From Vicinamibacterales bacterium (lineage in GTDB: Bacteria; Acidobacteriota; Vicinamibacteria; Vicinamibacterales; UBA2999): a DNA stretch of 64,000 bases. Of this stretch, positions 10,783-18,354 are shown piece after piece. Within the stretch, counting starts at the first letter, position 1. Each line of letters starts with the position of its first letter. The notes beneath the pieces are model-generated. The model did no database searches. It had not been told where the DNA came from and worked only from the letters and a program-made list of their open reading frames with translations. The stretch covers positions 229-64,228 of the forward strand of contig JBBQSP010000021.1 in NCBI GenBank assembly GCA_038213735.1. Direction: 5' to 3'. Position numbers and translations under genes: made by a program.

Positions 10783-11825
10783 TGCCGACGGGAGCGGACA
10801 ACGACGTGTCGGGAGGGAACTCCTTGTCGGGAGGGAACCTCACGTCGGGAGGGCACTTCTCGTCGGGAGGGCACTTCGTGGCGGGAGCTCAGCCCTCGAC
10901 GGGATTGGTGCTGGTTCAGGCCGATCACGTGTCGAAGTGGTACGGGCAGGTGAGCGGCCTCAACGACGTCACCGTGTCGATTCCGCCGGGGATCACCGGC
11001 CTGCTCGGGCCGAACGGCGCCGGCAAGTCCACGTTCATGAAGTTGATGACGGGGCAGTTGAAGCCGAGCCAGGGCACCATCCGCGTGCTTGGCGAGCCGA
11101 TCTGGGGCAACCCCGACGTCTACGCGCGCATTGGGTTCTGTCCAGAGCAGGACGCGTTCTACGACCGCATGACCGGCTTTGAATGGGTCAACGCGCTCGT
11201 GCGCCTGAACGGCTACAGCGATGCGGAAGCCGCGGCCGCGGCCAAGGCCGCCCTCGACAAGGTGGACTTGCTCGACGCGGGCGCCAAGAAGATTGGCGCC
11301 TACAGCAAGGGCATGCGTCAGCGCGTCAAGCTCGCCCAGGCGCTGGTCCACGACCCCGAGCTGCTGATCCTCGACGAACCGCTCACCGGAATGGACCCGC
11401 TGATGCGGCGCAAGACCATCCGCCTGATCAAGGACTGGGCCCGTGCCGGCAAGCACATCATCGTCTCCAGCCACATCCTGCACGAGATCGAGTCGATGAC
11501 CTCGAACATCCTCTTGATCAACAACGGCCGCATTCTCGCCGAAGGCAACGTGCACCAGATCCGCGACCTGATCGACACGCACCCGCACACCGTGTTCGTG
11601 CGCGGCGCCGACCCGCGCGCGCTGGCCCGCAAGTTCATGCAGGAAGACGATGTGCTCAGCATGAAGTTCGAGCCGGGCGCGGTGATCGTGGAGACGTCAA
11701 AGCCCGATCGCTTCTATGCGCGGCTCACCGAGCTCGCCGCGTCGGGGGAGTGCGGCCGCATTGACGAAGTGCAGTCGCCCGACGACAACCTGCAGGCCGT
11801 CTTCAAGTACCTGGTGAAACAGTGA
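10782..11825 (+). CDS. ABC transporter ATP-binding protein whose N-terminal extension is encoded by an 18-nt tandem repeat
   Basis: Walker A GPNGAGKST, signature YSKGMRQR, Walker B LLILDEP. ATG 10782 overlaps the upstream TGA. Alternative starts TTG 10905 and GTG 10908 would exclude the repeat. Confidence 0.8.
   Translation: MPTGADNDVSGGNSLSGGNLTSGGHFSSGGHFVAGAQPSTGLVLVQADHVSKWYGQVSGLNDVTVSIPPGITGLLGPNGAGKSTFMKLMTGQLKPSQGTIRVLGEPIWGNPDVYARIGFCPEQDAFYDRMTGFEWVNALVRLNGYSDAEAAAAAKAALDKVDLLDAGAKKIGAYSKGMRQRVKLAQALVHDPELLILDEPLTGMDPLMRRKTIRLIKDWARAGKHIIVSSHILHEIESMTSNILLINNGRILAEGNVHQIRDLIDTHPHTVFVRGADPRALARKFMQEDDVLSMKFEPGAVIVETSKPDRFYARLTELAASGECGRIDEVQSPDDNLQAVFKYLVKQ
10808..10897 (+). repeat. 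18-nt tandem repeat array (5 units) inside the 5' part of the ABC ATPase ORF
   Basis: Unit boundaries are 10808, 10826, 10844, 10862 and 10880. The array is translated as SGGNSL SGGNLT SGGHFS SGGHFV. Confidence 0.9.
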
Positions 11826-12661
11826 CCACGGCCATCCCGAAGCACAAGCACATGAGTTTCTGGGCCGCCTCGCGCCGGGTCTTCGACCTGTCGTTGGGCG
11901 AAATGCTGTGGTCGCGCCGCACCATCTTCATGGCGCTGGTCGTCGGCGGACCGGTGCTGCTGGCGGTGATCGTCAAGGTGCTCGAGCTGTTCGGGATGTC
12001 GGCGCTGCGCGTCAATGGCCAGCGCGTCGCCGGCTTCGGCATTTTCGGCGTGATGATCTGGATGCTCTTCCTGCGCTTCATCGTCCCCGTGCTGGGCGTG
12101 TTCTACGGCACGGCGCTGATGGCAGACGAGGTGGAAGACAAGACCATTACCTACCTGTTCACGCGCCCGATTCCGCGCGGCGCGGTGCTGGTCGGCAAAT
12201 ACCTGGCGTACCTGGCGTGCACCCTGCTGGTGGTGCTGCCGTCGGTGATGATCGTCTTCTTCCTGCTGGTGCCCTTGTCGGAACTGCCCGCGACCTTTGG
12301 CTCCCTGGTCACCGACCTGGGGCTGCTGGCCCTCGGGCTGGCGGTGTACGGAGCCCTGTTTGCCTTCGTCGGCGCCTACTTCAAGCGCCCCCTGGTGATC
12401 GGGCTGGTGTTCGCCTTTGGCTGGGAGCAGGTGGTGATGGCCCTGCCGGGCTACTTGAAGCAGTTCACGATCGCTTTCTACATGCAGTCACTGGTGCCCC
12501 ACGCCATGCCGTCGGACGGCGTGGCGAGCATCCTCCAGGGCATGTTCCGGGAGAACCCGCCGGTGGCGGTGTCGCTGGCCTGGCTGTTCGCGTACCTGGT
12601 GGTCTTCCTCTACCTGGCCACGCGGGTGGTCGAGCGCAAGGAATACATCCTCGAGCAGTAG
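11822..12661 (+). CDS. ABC-2-type transporter permease
   Basis: GTG 11822 overlaps the ATPase stop (GTGA). The product is a multi-pass hydrophobic protein. Confidence 0.75.
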   Translation: MTTAIPKHKHMSFWAASRRVFDLSLGEMLWSRRTIFMALVVGGPVLLAVIVKVLELFGMSALRVNGQRVAGFGIFGVMIWMLFLRFIVPVLGVFYGTALMADEVEDKTITYLFTRPIPRGAVLVGKYLAYLACTLLVVLPSVMIVFFLLVPLSELPATFGSLVTDLGLLALGLAVYGALFAFVGAYFKRPLVIGLVFAFGWEQVVMALPGYLKQFTIAFYMQSLVPHAMPSDGVASILQGMFRENPPVAVSLAWLFAYLVVFLYLATRVVERKEYILEQ

Positions 12662-12740
12662 GGTCGGGCCTCCGCCCCTCCTGGGGCTCGGCGCTGCGCG
12701 ACTTCGTCGGGCTCGGCGGCTGCGCCGCCTTCGTAGCGGG
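12662..12740. repeat. GC-rich GGGCTCGGCGGCTNCGCCGCC repeat
   Basis: Starts immediately after the stop at 12661 and contains the GGCGGC-TGC-GCCGCC hairpin. Confidence 0.8.
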
Positions 12741-12771
12741 CAATTCCTTGTATAGTTTTCGCGAGAGCCTT

Positions 12772-13758
12772 GTGGGATACCGCGCTCATGTGATCGTCGC
12801 GCTCATCGCCGCGGCGGCAGCTGCCGTGTCGGCCCAGGCGCCCGACCAGAGCCTGTCGCCCGTGCTGGCGCGCATGGGCGCCTACATCAGCAGCTACGGC
12901 GAGAAGGCGGCCCTCGTGGTCGCGATCGAGGAATACACACAGACTGTGATGTTCGAGGGCGCCGCCGTGCCCACGCCGCCGCGACGTCTGGTTGCGGAGT
13001 TCGCCCTCGTCAAAACCAGCGATGGCACAGGCTGGACAGGGTTTCGCGACGTCGTGGAAGTGAATGGCACGGCCATCGCGGATCGCCGAGACCGCCTGGT
13101 GTCGTTGTTTACCGCGACCGCAACCGCCGACGCCACCGAGTTGCAGCGCATTGCCAACGAGAGTTCGCGGTTCAACGTCGGGCCGATCAGCCGCAACTTC
13201 AACGTGCCGACGTCCGCCATGTTCTTCTTCGTGCCGGACAACCTCGCGCGCTTTGCGTTCACACGAAAGGGCACCAGGAAGATCAACGGCGTCGAGACGT
13301 GGGAGATCGCGTTCAAGGAAACGCGCACGCCGACGCTGGTCATGACGTCGGCCGGCGTGGACGTGCCGGTGTCGGGAACGCTGTGGGTCAAGCCCGATGA
13401 CGGCACCGTCGTTCGCACGCGCCTGCAACTGAAGAACTTCGCCGACCAGATGACGTCGCCCGTGCAGACCGCCCCGAGCCAGCGGCCCGCGATTAACCCG
13501 GCAGCTCCGCAAGGGCGGCGGGACGCCGCCGTGGCGACCATGTATTGGGACAAGATCGAAAGCTCAGCGGACATCGAGGTCACCTACCGGCCGCACCCGG
13601 TAATCGGGCTGTGGCTGCCGTCTGAGATGGCGGAGTTCTACAGCGGCCCCATCACCCTGAAGATAACCCCGTCGGTCGGGCGCTCGACGACCCGTGCGAA
13701 GTACTCGGATTTCAGGCAGTTTGGCACTGCCGCGGCCATTGTCGTCCCGAAACAGTAG
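12772..13758 (+). CDS. Secreted hypothetical protein
   Basis: Has a signal-like N-terminus (VIVALIAAAAAAVSAQAP) and a long clean ORF. I recognise no family. The start is GTG 12772 or 12790. Confidence 0.6.
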   Translation: MGYRAHVIVALIAAAAAAVSAQAPDQSLSPVLARMGAYISSYGEKAALVVAIEEYTQTVMFEGAAVPTPPRRLVAEFALVKTSDGTGWTGFRDVVEVNGTAIADRRDRLVSLFTATATADATELQRIANESSRFNVGPISRNFNVPTSAMFFFVPDNLARFAFTRKGTRKINGVETWEIAFKETRTPTLVMTSAGVDVPVSGTLWVKPDDGTVVRTRLQLKNFADQMTSPVQTAPSQRPAINPAAPQGRRDAAVATMYWDKIESSADIEVTYRPHPVIGLWLPSEMAEFYSGPITLKITPSVGRSTTRAKYSDFRQFGTAAAIVVPKQ

Positions 13759-13768
13759 AGCCCATCGA

Positions 13769-15727
13769 ATGAGCGTCCCTGTGCTCCGCACCCTCATTTG
13801 GTCATGCCTCGTGGCCATGACGATCGCACCAGTTCCGCTCGCCGGGCGTGGTCAGCAGCCGACGCCCGCGTTTCGGGCCGGCATCGATCTCATCACGTTC
13901 GAGGCGACCGCCCTCGACCGCGACGGTGTGCCGGTACGGGACCTCGGCCCTGATGACTTTTCGGTCACCGTTGGCGGGCGGCCGCGAAAAGTTGTCTTCG
14001 CCGACTTTCACAACGACGGAATGCTGGTGCCCGCGAGTGGCAAGGCCGCGCGCGAGAGCCGCGGCAGGATGTCGGGCGCCGAGGGCCGCATTGTCGTGGT
14101 GGTGGTCGATCGCGATTCGCTCGCGGCTGGCAACGAGGCCGCCCTGCTGGAAGCGGCCACCGCCGTCATCGATGGCCTGCAACCCGCCGACGCGGTCGGC
14201 CTGGTCGGTGTTCCGGTCGGCGGCGTGGACTTGACCCGCGACCACGACCGCGTCCGCGCGGCGCTGCCCCTGATGTCGGGCACCCGGCCGCGGCAGGAGA
14301 TGTATCGTGACCGCAACATCCTCTGGGATGAAGCGCTCGGCTACGAGCGGCAGGACTCCAGGGTCATTGCCGAGGTGGTCGAGCGTGAGTGCTATAGCCT
14401 CCGCGCTGACCCCCTGGGGGCACTGAAGAACCGCTGTCCGGACGACCTCGTCCTACAGGCGCGCGAGTTGCTGCAGACGGGCCGTGCCCATGTCGAGACC
14501 ACGACTTCGGTCCTCGAAAACCTGGCGGCGCGGCTGGCCCCGCTGCGCGGCTCGAAACACGTCATCCTCATTTCTGGTGGCTTGCAGTTCGGCCAGGATC
14601 TGTTGACACGCTTTCAGCGGTTTTCGAAGGCGGCGGCCGAGGCGCAGTTGACCCTCTACGCGGTGCACCTTGACCAGCCCGACTCGAACGTCGCCGACCG
14701 TCGGACCGTCACGTCAGCCTTTGGCGGCCGCGACGCCACCGCGGGCCTTGGCGCCCTCACCGGCATGACCGGCGGCCAGATGTTCATGGGGGTGGGCCGC
14801 GGAACCGGCGTCTTCGATCGCATCACGACCGAGATCAACAACTTCTACGTGCTCGGGGTCGAGAGCGGGCCTGAAGACACGTCGGGCTCGACCCGTTCGC
14901 TCGAGGTCGCCGTCAAGCGGCCGGGGCTGACCGTGCGCTCGCGGCCGGAAGTCGCCCCGCGACCCTCCGTCGCCAAGGCTGCGGAGAGCGCGCCGGGGAC
15001 GCCGGCCGCCAATCCGCTGCTGGCCCTGCTGAACCAGCCGACCGACATCAGTGAGCTTGCGATCAGCGCCACCGCGTATTCGACCCGTGGGACCGAAGAG
15101 AGCACGCTCCGGGTACTGATTTCATCCGAGCTCTCCGCCGACGGCGCCCGGTTACCGGCCGATTGGGTCTTCGCGGTCTTCAACGAAGGCAATGTGGTTG
15201 CCACCGGCCAGCAACGGTTCGAGGCCGGCTCACCGAGTCCGCTGGTCATGACCACTTCAGCGAAGCTCCTGCCCGGGCAATACCGGCTGCGAGTGGCCGC
15301 CAGGGATGCCGATGGCCGCGCCGGCGTCGTTGATGTGCCGCTGGCCGCAGGCCTGCGTGTGGCCGGCGAGCTTCAGATGAGCGACTTGGTCGTCGGCATC
15401 AGCGAGGGTGGGAGACTTCAACCGCGGTCTCGGGTCACCCAGGGGACGCCGGTGTCGGCCTTGATCGAGCTGATGTCGGCCGACGCGGAGCGCCTCGCGT
15501 CAGCCCGGGCGGTCATCGAGGTGATTCCCGCCGGCACGGCCGAGCCGCTGCGGAGGTTCCTGATGGCCGTCCAGACCGCCAACGGAGCATCGATCATCAT
15601 AAATGCGGCGGAAATTGACACCTCGACCCTTCCGCCGGGCCGGTATACCGCCAGCGTGGTCGCGACCGTCGATGGCCAGCCCGTCGGCAGGGTCAGCCGG
15701 GTCTTCGAGGTCGTGCCCGCGCCGTGA
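13769..15727 (+). CDS. VWFA-related acidobacterial-domain secreted protein (TIGR03436-like)
   Basis: A signal peptide is followed by the characteristic FRAGIDLITFEATALDRDGVPVRDLGPDDFSV N-terminal module and a VWA-like region. Confidence 0.75.
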   Translation: MSVPVLRTLIWSCLVAMTIAPVPLAGRGQQPTPAFRAGIDLITFEATALDRDGVPVRDLGPDDFSVTVGGRPRKVVFADFHNDGMLVPASGKAARESRGRMSGAEGRIVVVVVDRDSLAAGNEAALLEAATAVIDGLQPADAVGLVGVPVGGVDLTRDHDRVRAALPLMSGTRPRQEMYRDRNILWDEALGYERQDSRVIAEVVERECYSLRADPLGALKNRCPDDLVLQARELLQTGRAHVETTTSVLENLAARLAPLRGSKHVILISGGLQFGQDLLTRFQRFSKAAAEAQLTLYAVHLDQPDSNVADRRTVTSAFGGRDATAGLGALTGMTGGQMFMGVGRGTGVFDRITTEINNFYVLGVESGPEDTSGSTRSLEVAVKRPGLTVRSRPEVAPRPSVAKAAESAPGTPAANPLLALLNQPTDISELAISATAYSTRGTEESTLRVLISSELSADGARLPADWVFAVFNEGNVVATGQQRFEAGSPSPLVMTTSAKLLPGQYRLRVAARDADGRAGVVDVPLAAGLRVAGELQMSDLVVGISEGGRLQPRSRVTQGTPVSALIELMSADAERLASARAVIEVIPAGTAEPLRRFLMAVQTANGASIIINAAEIDTSTLPPGRYTASVVATVDGQPVGRVSRVFEVVPAP

Positions 15728-15920
15728 GGGGGCGGGGCTTCGCCCCGCCTGGGGCTCGCGGCTGGCGACGCTGGTCGGGCTCGGCGGCTTCGCCGCCGTC
15801 GTAGGGGTCGGCACGATGGGCCTCCTGGGGGTTCCCCCACGAGGCGCGGAAGCGCCAAGCCATACGAAGGCGGCGTAGCCGCCGAGCCCTACAAGGGGGC
15901 CGGAGGCCCCCGAGCCCCAA
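15728..15920. repeat. Two inverted copies of the GC-rich GGGCTCGGCGGC repeat around a TGGGGG-TT-CCCCCA centre
   Basis: The forward copy is 15728-15810 and the reverse-complement copy is about 15826-15920. The block starts immediately after the stop at 15727. Confidence 0.8.
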
Positions 15921-15984
15921 GAACAGGGACGAGCCGGGGAACCAAACTACCCGGCTCGTTCGTATACACTCTCAGGAGACCCGC

Positions 15985-16992
15985 ATGTCGAACAAAACGC
16001 GATACTTCGTGGCGGTTACGGGAGCGATTCTGGCCATTGGCCTCGGGACCGGCATGGTCGCGTCCTACATGGGCTTGCCGGTCTCGGTTCTGACCAGTGC
16101 CGCCGGTCCGGAAGAGCTCGAGTACGTGCCGGCCGATGCGGCGGTCGTCGCCTACGCCAACGTGCGCGACGTGATGAACTCACAGCTGCGCCAGCGGTTC
16201 CGCGAGCTGGAACCGACCCAGGAACACCAGAACGAGTTCGAGGAAAAGACCGGCCTCAACTTCGAAGAGGACATCGACACCGTGGTCGCGGCCATGATGC
16301 CCAAGGGCAACATTACCGACAAGCCTAACGAGGCCTTCCTGCTGCTGGTCCGCGGCCGGTTCGAGGCGGCGCGCATTGAGGCGCTGGCGCTCGAGCATGG
16401 TTCCACGGTCTCCGACTACCAGGGCAAGCGCCTGATTGCGTTCCACGAGGAAAAGCGCGACACGCCAGACGAGGGCATGGCCCTTGGCTTCGTCGCGGCC
16501 GACCTGGTCGCGTTCGGCAGCGTGACCGGCGTGAAGGCTTCGATCGACGCGCGCCGCGAGAACCGCAACGTCGTCGGCAATATCGAGATGATGCGGCTGG
16601 TGAGCGAACTCGACAACGCCAACGCCTGGGCCGTGGGCCGTTTCGACGCCATTGCCCACCAGTCGGGCCTGCCCACCGAAATCGCCGCGCAGATGCCCGC
16701 CATCACGTGGTTCTCGGCGGCCGGCCACATCAACGGCGGCGTGAGCGGCGTGCTCAAGGCCGAGGCCAAGGACGAAACCTCGGCAGCCAACCTGCGCGAC
16801 GTCCTCAAGGGTGTGCTGGCGCTGGCCAAGATGCAGGCGGGCAATAAGCCGGGCATGCAGGCGATGGCCGACTCGCTGATTCTCTCGGGCGATGGCAAGA
16901 ACGTGGCCCTCTCGTTCACGGTGCCGGCGGAAGTCCTCGACGTGCTCGAGGGCCTCGCCAAGGGCCGCAAGGCAATGGCCGCCGCGCAGTAA
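15985..16992 (+). CDS. Membrane-anchored hypothetical protein
   Basis: AGGAG lies 6 nt upstream of the ATG. There is an N-terminal TM anchor (YFVAVTGAILAIGLGTGMVA). No family recognised. Confidence 0.6.
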   Translation: MSNKTRYFVAVTGAILAIGLGTGMVASYMGLPVSVLTSAAGPEELEYVPADAAVVAYANVRDVMNSQLRQRFRELEPTQEHQNEFEEKTGLNFEEDIDTVVAAMMPKGNITDKPNEAFLLLVRGRFEAARIEALALEHGSTVSDYQGKRLIAFHEEKRDTPDEGMALGFVAADLVAFGSVTGVKASIDARRENRNVVGNIEMMRLVSELDNANAWAVGRFDAIAHQSGLPTEIAAQMPAITWFSAAGHINGGVSGVLKAEAKDETSAANLRDVLKGVLALAKMQAGNKPGMQAMADSLILSGDGKNVALSFTVPAEVLDVLEGLAKGRKAMAAAQ

Positions 16993-17054
16993 AAGGCTTG
17001 CCGCGCCGAAGCTCGGTGGCGCAGCAGGAGCGAAGGCGGGTAAGATGCGCGGAC

Positions 17055-17471
17055 GTGCCTGACCACGTCTTCTTCTACGGAACGCTGATGTCGCCGTTCA
17101 ATCGGCCAGGGCGGCTCCGCATCACTCCCAAGCTCAACTACTCAGGGCGCGGCTCCATCGGGGCCGCGCTCTTCGACTTAGGGATCTATCCCGCGGCAGT
17201 TGCCACCGAAGACCAGGGCCGGGTGTGGGGCGAGGTTTACGAAATGCTCGACACCGGCCCGGTGCTGGCCGCACTCGACGAGATCGAGGGCTACCGGCCG
17301 AGCGAACCGGCGCGCAGCCTCTACGCCCGCGTCCTCGCCGACGTGACGCTCGACGATGGCCGCACCGAACAGGCCTGGGCGTACTTCTACAACGCTCCGC
17401 TCGGGCGCGCGCAGCGCATCTCCTCGGGCGATTACCTCGAACACTTGAATCACGCACCACGACAAACCTAA
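17055..17471 (+). CDS. Gamma-glutamylcyclotransferase (AIG2/GGACT-like)
   Basis: Motifs FFYGTLM ... GxLFDLGxYPA ... GEVYE are present. The ORF is open from 16998. The stop TAA lies in the loop of a palindromic repeat. Confidence 0.7.
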   Translation: MPDHVFFYGTLMSPFNRPGRLRITPKLNYSGRGSIGAALFDLGIYPAAVATEDQGRVWGEVYEMLDTGPVLAALDEIEGYRPSEPARSLYARVLADVTLDDGRTEQAWAYFYNAPLGRAQRISSGDYLEHLNHAPRQT

Positions 17472-17536
17472 AGGTTTGTCGCCACGACTACGAGTTATGA
17501 CAAACCTAAAGGTTTGTCGCCACGACTACGAGTTAT
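17460..17536. repeat. Two tandem 38-nt units, each with a (C)GACAAACC-TAAA-GGTTTGTC(G) hairpin
   Basis: The units begin at 17461 and 17499. Together they fill the whole gap between the convergent GGCT and PilZ genes and contain both stop codons. Confidence 0.9.
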
Positions 17537-17871
17537 ATTGCCAGTTCATCGACGAAGTGCGCGATCTCGACCGCGACGCGATCCGACAGTTCGATGAACT
17601 CGACCCCGGTACGGTAGGTGATAATGTCCTGGTCGACGTCGCTGATGCGCGAGTGCGCGACGCGGCCCTTGACGACGACCGAGCGGTCGCCGAGCGTGAG
17701 GCGGAAGTCGTGAAGGGAATCCAGCTGCAGGGGAAAGGCGGTTTCCACCTGCATGCCACCGTGGCTGATCTGGTGCACGGCGGTCGGCTGGAACACCATT
17801 ACCTCGCCGTGTAGCGCCCCCAGGAGTTCAATGCGCTTGGAATCGCGCTTGTGGTCTTCTTCCGGGGCCAT
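17533..17871 (-). CDS. PilZ-domain-like protein
   Basis: Contains RDSKR (RxxxR) and QISHGGM (a variant of D/NxSxxG) motifs. A TATAAT box lies 9 nt upstream of the ATG. Confidence 0.55.
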   Translation of the reverse strand: MAPEEDHKRDSKRIELLGALHGEVMVFQPTAVHQISHGGMQVETAFPLQLDSLHDFRLTLGDRSVVVKGRVAHSRISDVDQDIITYRTGVEFIELSDRVAVEIAHFVDELAI

Positions 17872-18185
17872 TGGCTCGAAATTATAGCGTAAGCCTCGCC
17901 GTTGACGTAGGTGAGGATCGGCAGCCGGCGCGTCGCCGGATCGAGCTGCAGCATCTGCAGCACCTGGCAAGCCTCGTCGTCGTCGGGCGCGAAACATAAC
18001 ACCACCAGGTCGGGACGCCGCCGGCGAATCGCGCGGTACGGGGTGTCGTCCTTGTCGAGGAAGTCGAGGCGGAAGCGCGTGGTGCCAAGCATCGGCTGAA
18101 TGCCGGCGAGCGCCTCCGGACCTGCGCCAACAATCAGGGCTCTCGGCATTGCGGTGCGGTCGGCCTGCGTCTGGACGGGTCTCAT
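17799..18185 (-). CDS. Degenerate CheY-like receiver (pseudo-receiver) protein
   Basis: Receiver-like beta/alpha pattern, but GAG replaces the acidic pair and DLVVLCF carries Cys at the phospho-acceptor position. The 3' end overlaps the PilZ gene by 73 nt. Confidence 0.45.
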   Translation of the reverse strand: MRPVQTQADRTAMPRALIVGAGPEALAGIQPMLGTTRFRLDFLDKDDTPYRAIRRRRPDLVVLCFAPDDDEACQVLQMLQLDPATRRLPILTYVNGEAYAIISSQWPRKKTTSAIPSALNSWGRYTAR

Positions 18186-18354
18186 GTGCGCGCTCCCTCT
18201 GCCCCCATATCTACAAGAAACGCGCCAGACAGAACCGGGCGTTTCCTACAATGAATAGACGTGTGGCGCACTGAGAAAGTGACACAAGTCGTCACTACGG
18301 CCGACAAGAAGTGGCAGGGGGGTGTTAAGGAAGGAGACGGCCCCAAGGCCTTCG

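Noticed and set aside
18217-18245. A possible terminator hairpin (GAAACGC...GCGTTTC) downstream of the TPR gene
   Set aside because: It has only a 7-bp stem with a 15-nt loop and a weak T-tract, which is too weak to report as a feature.
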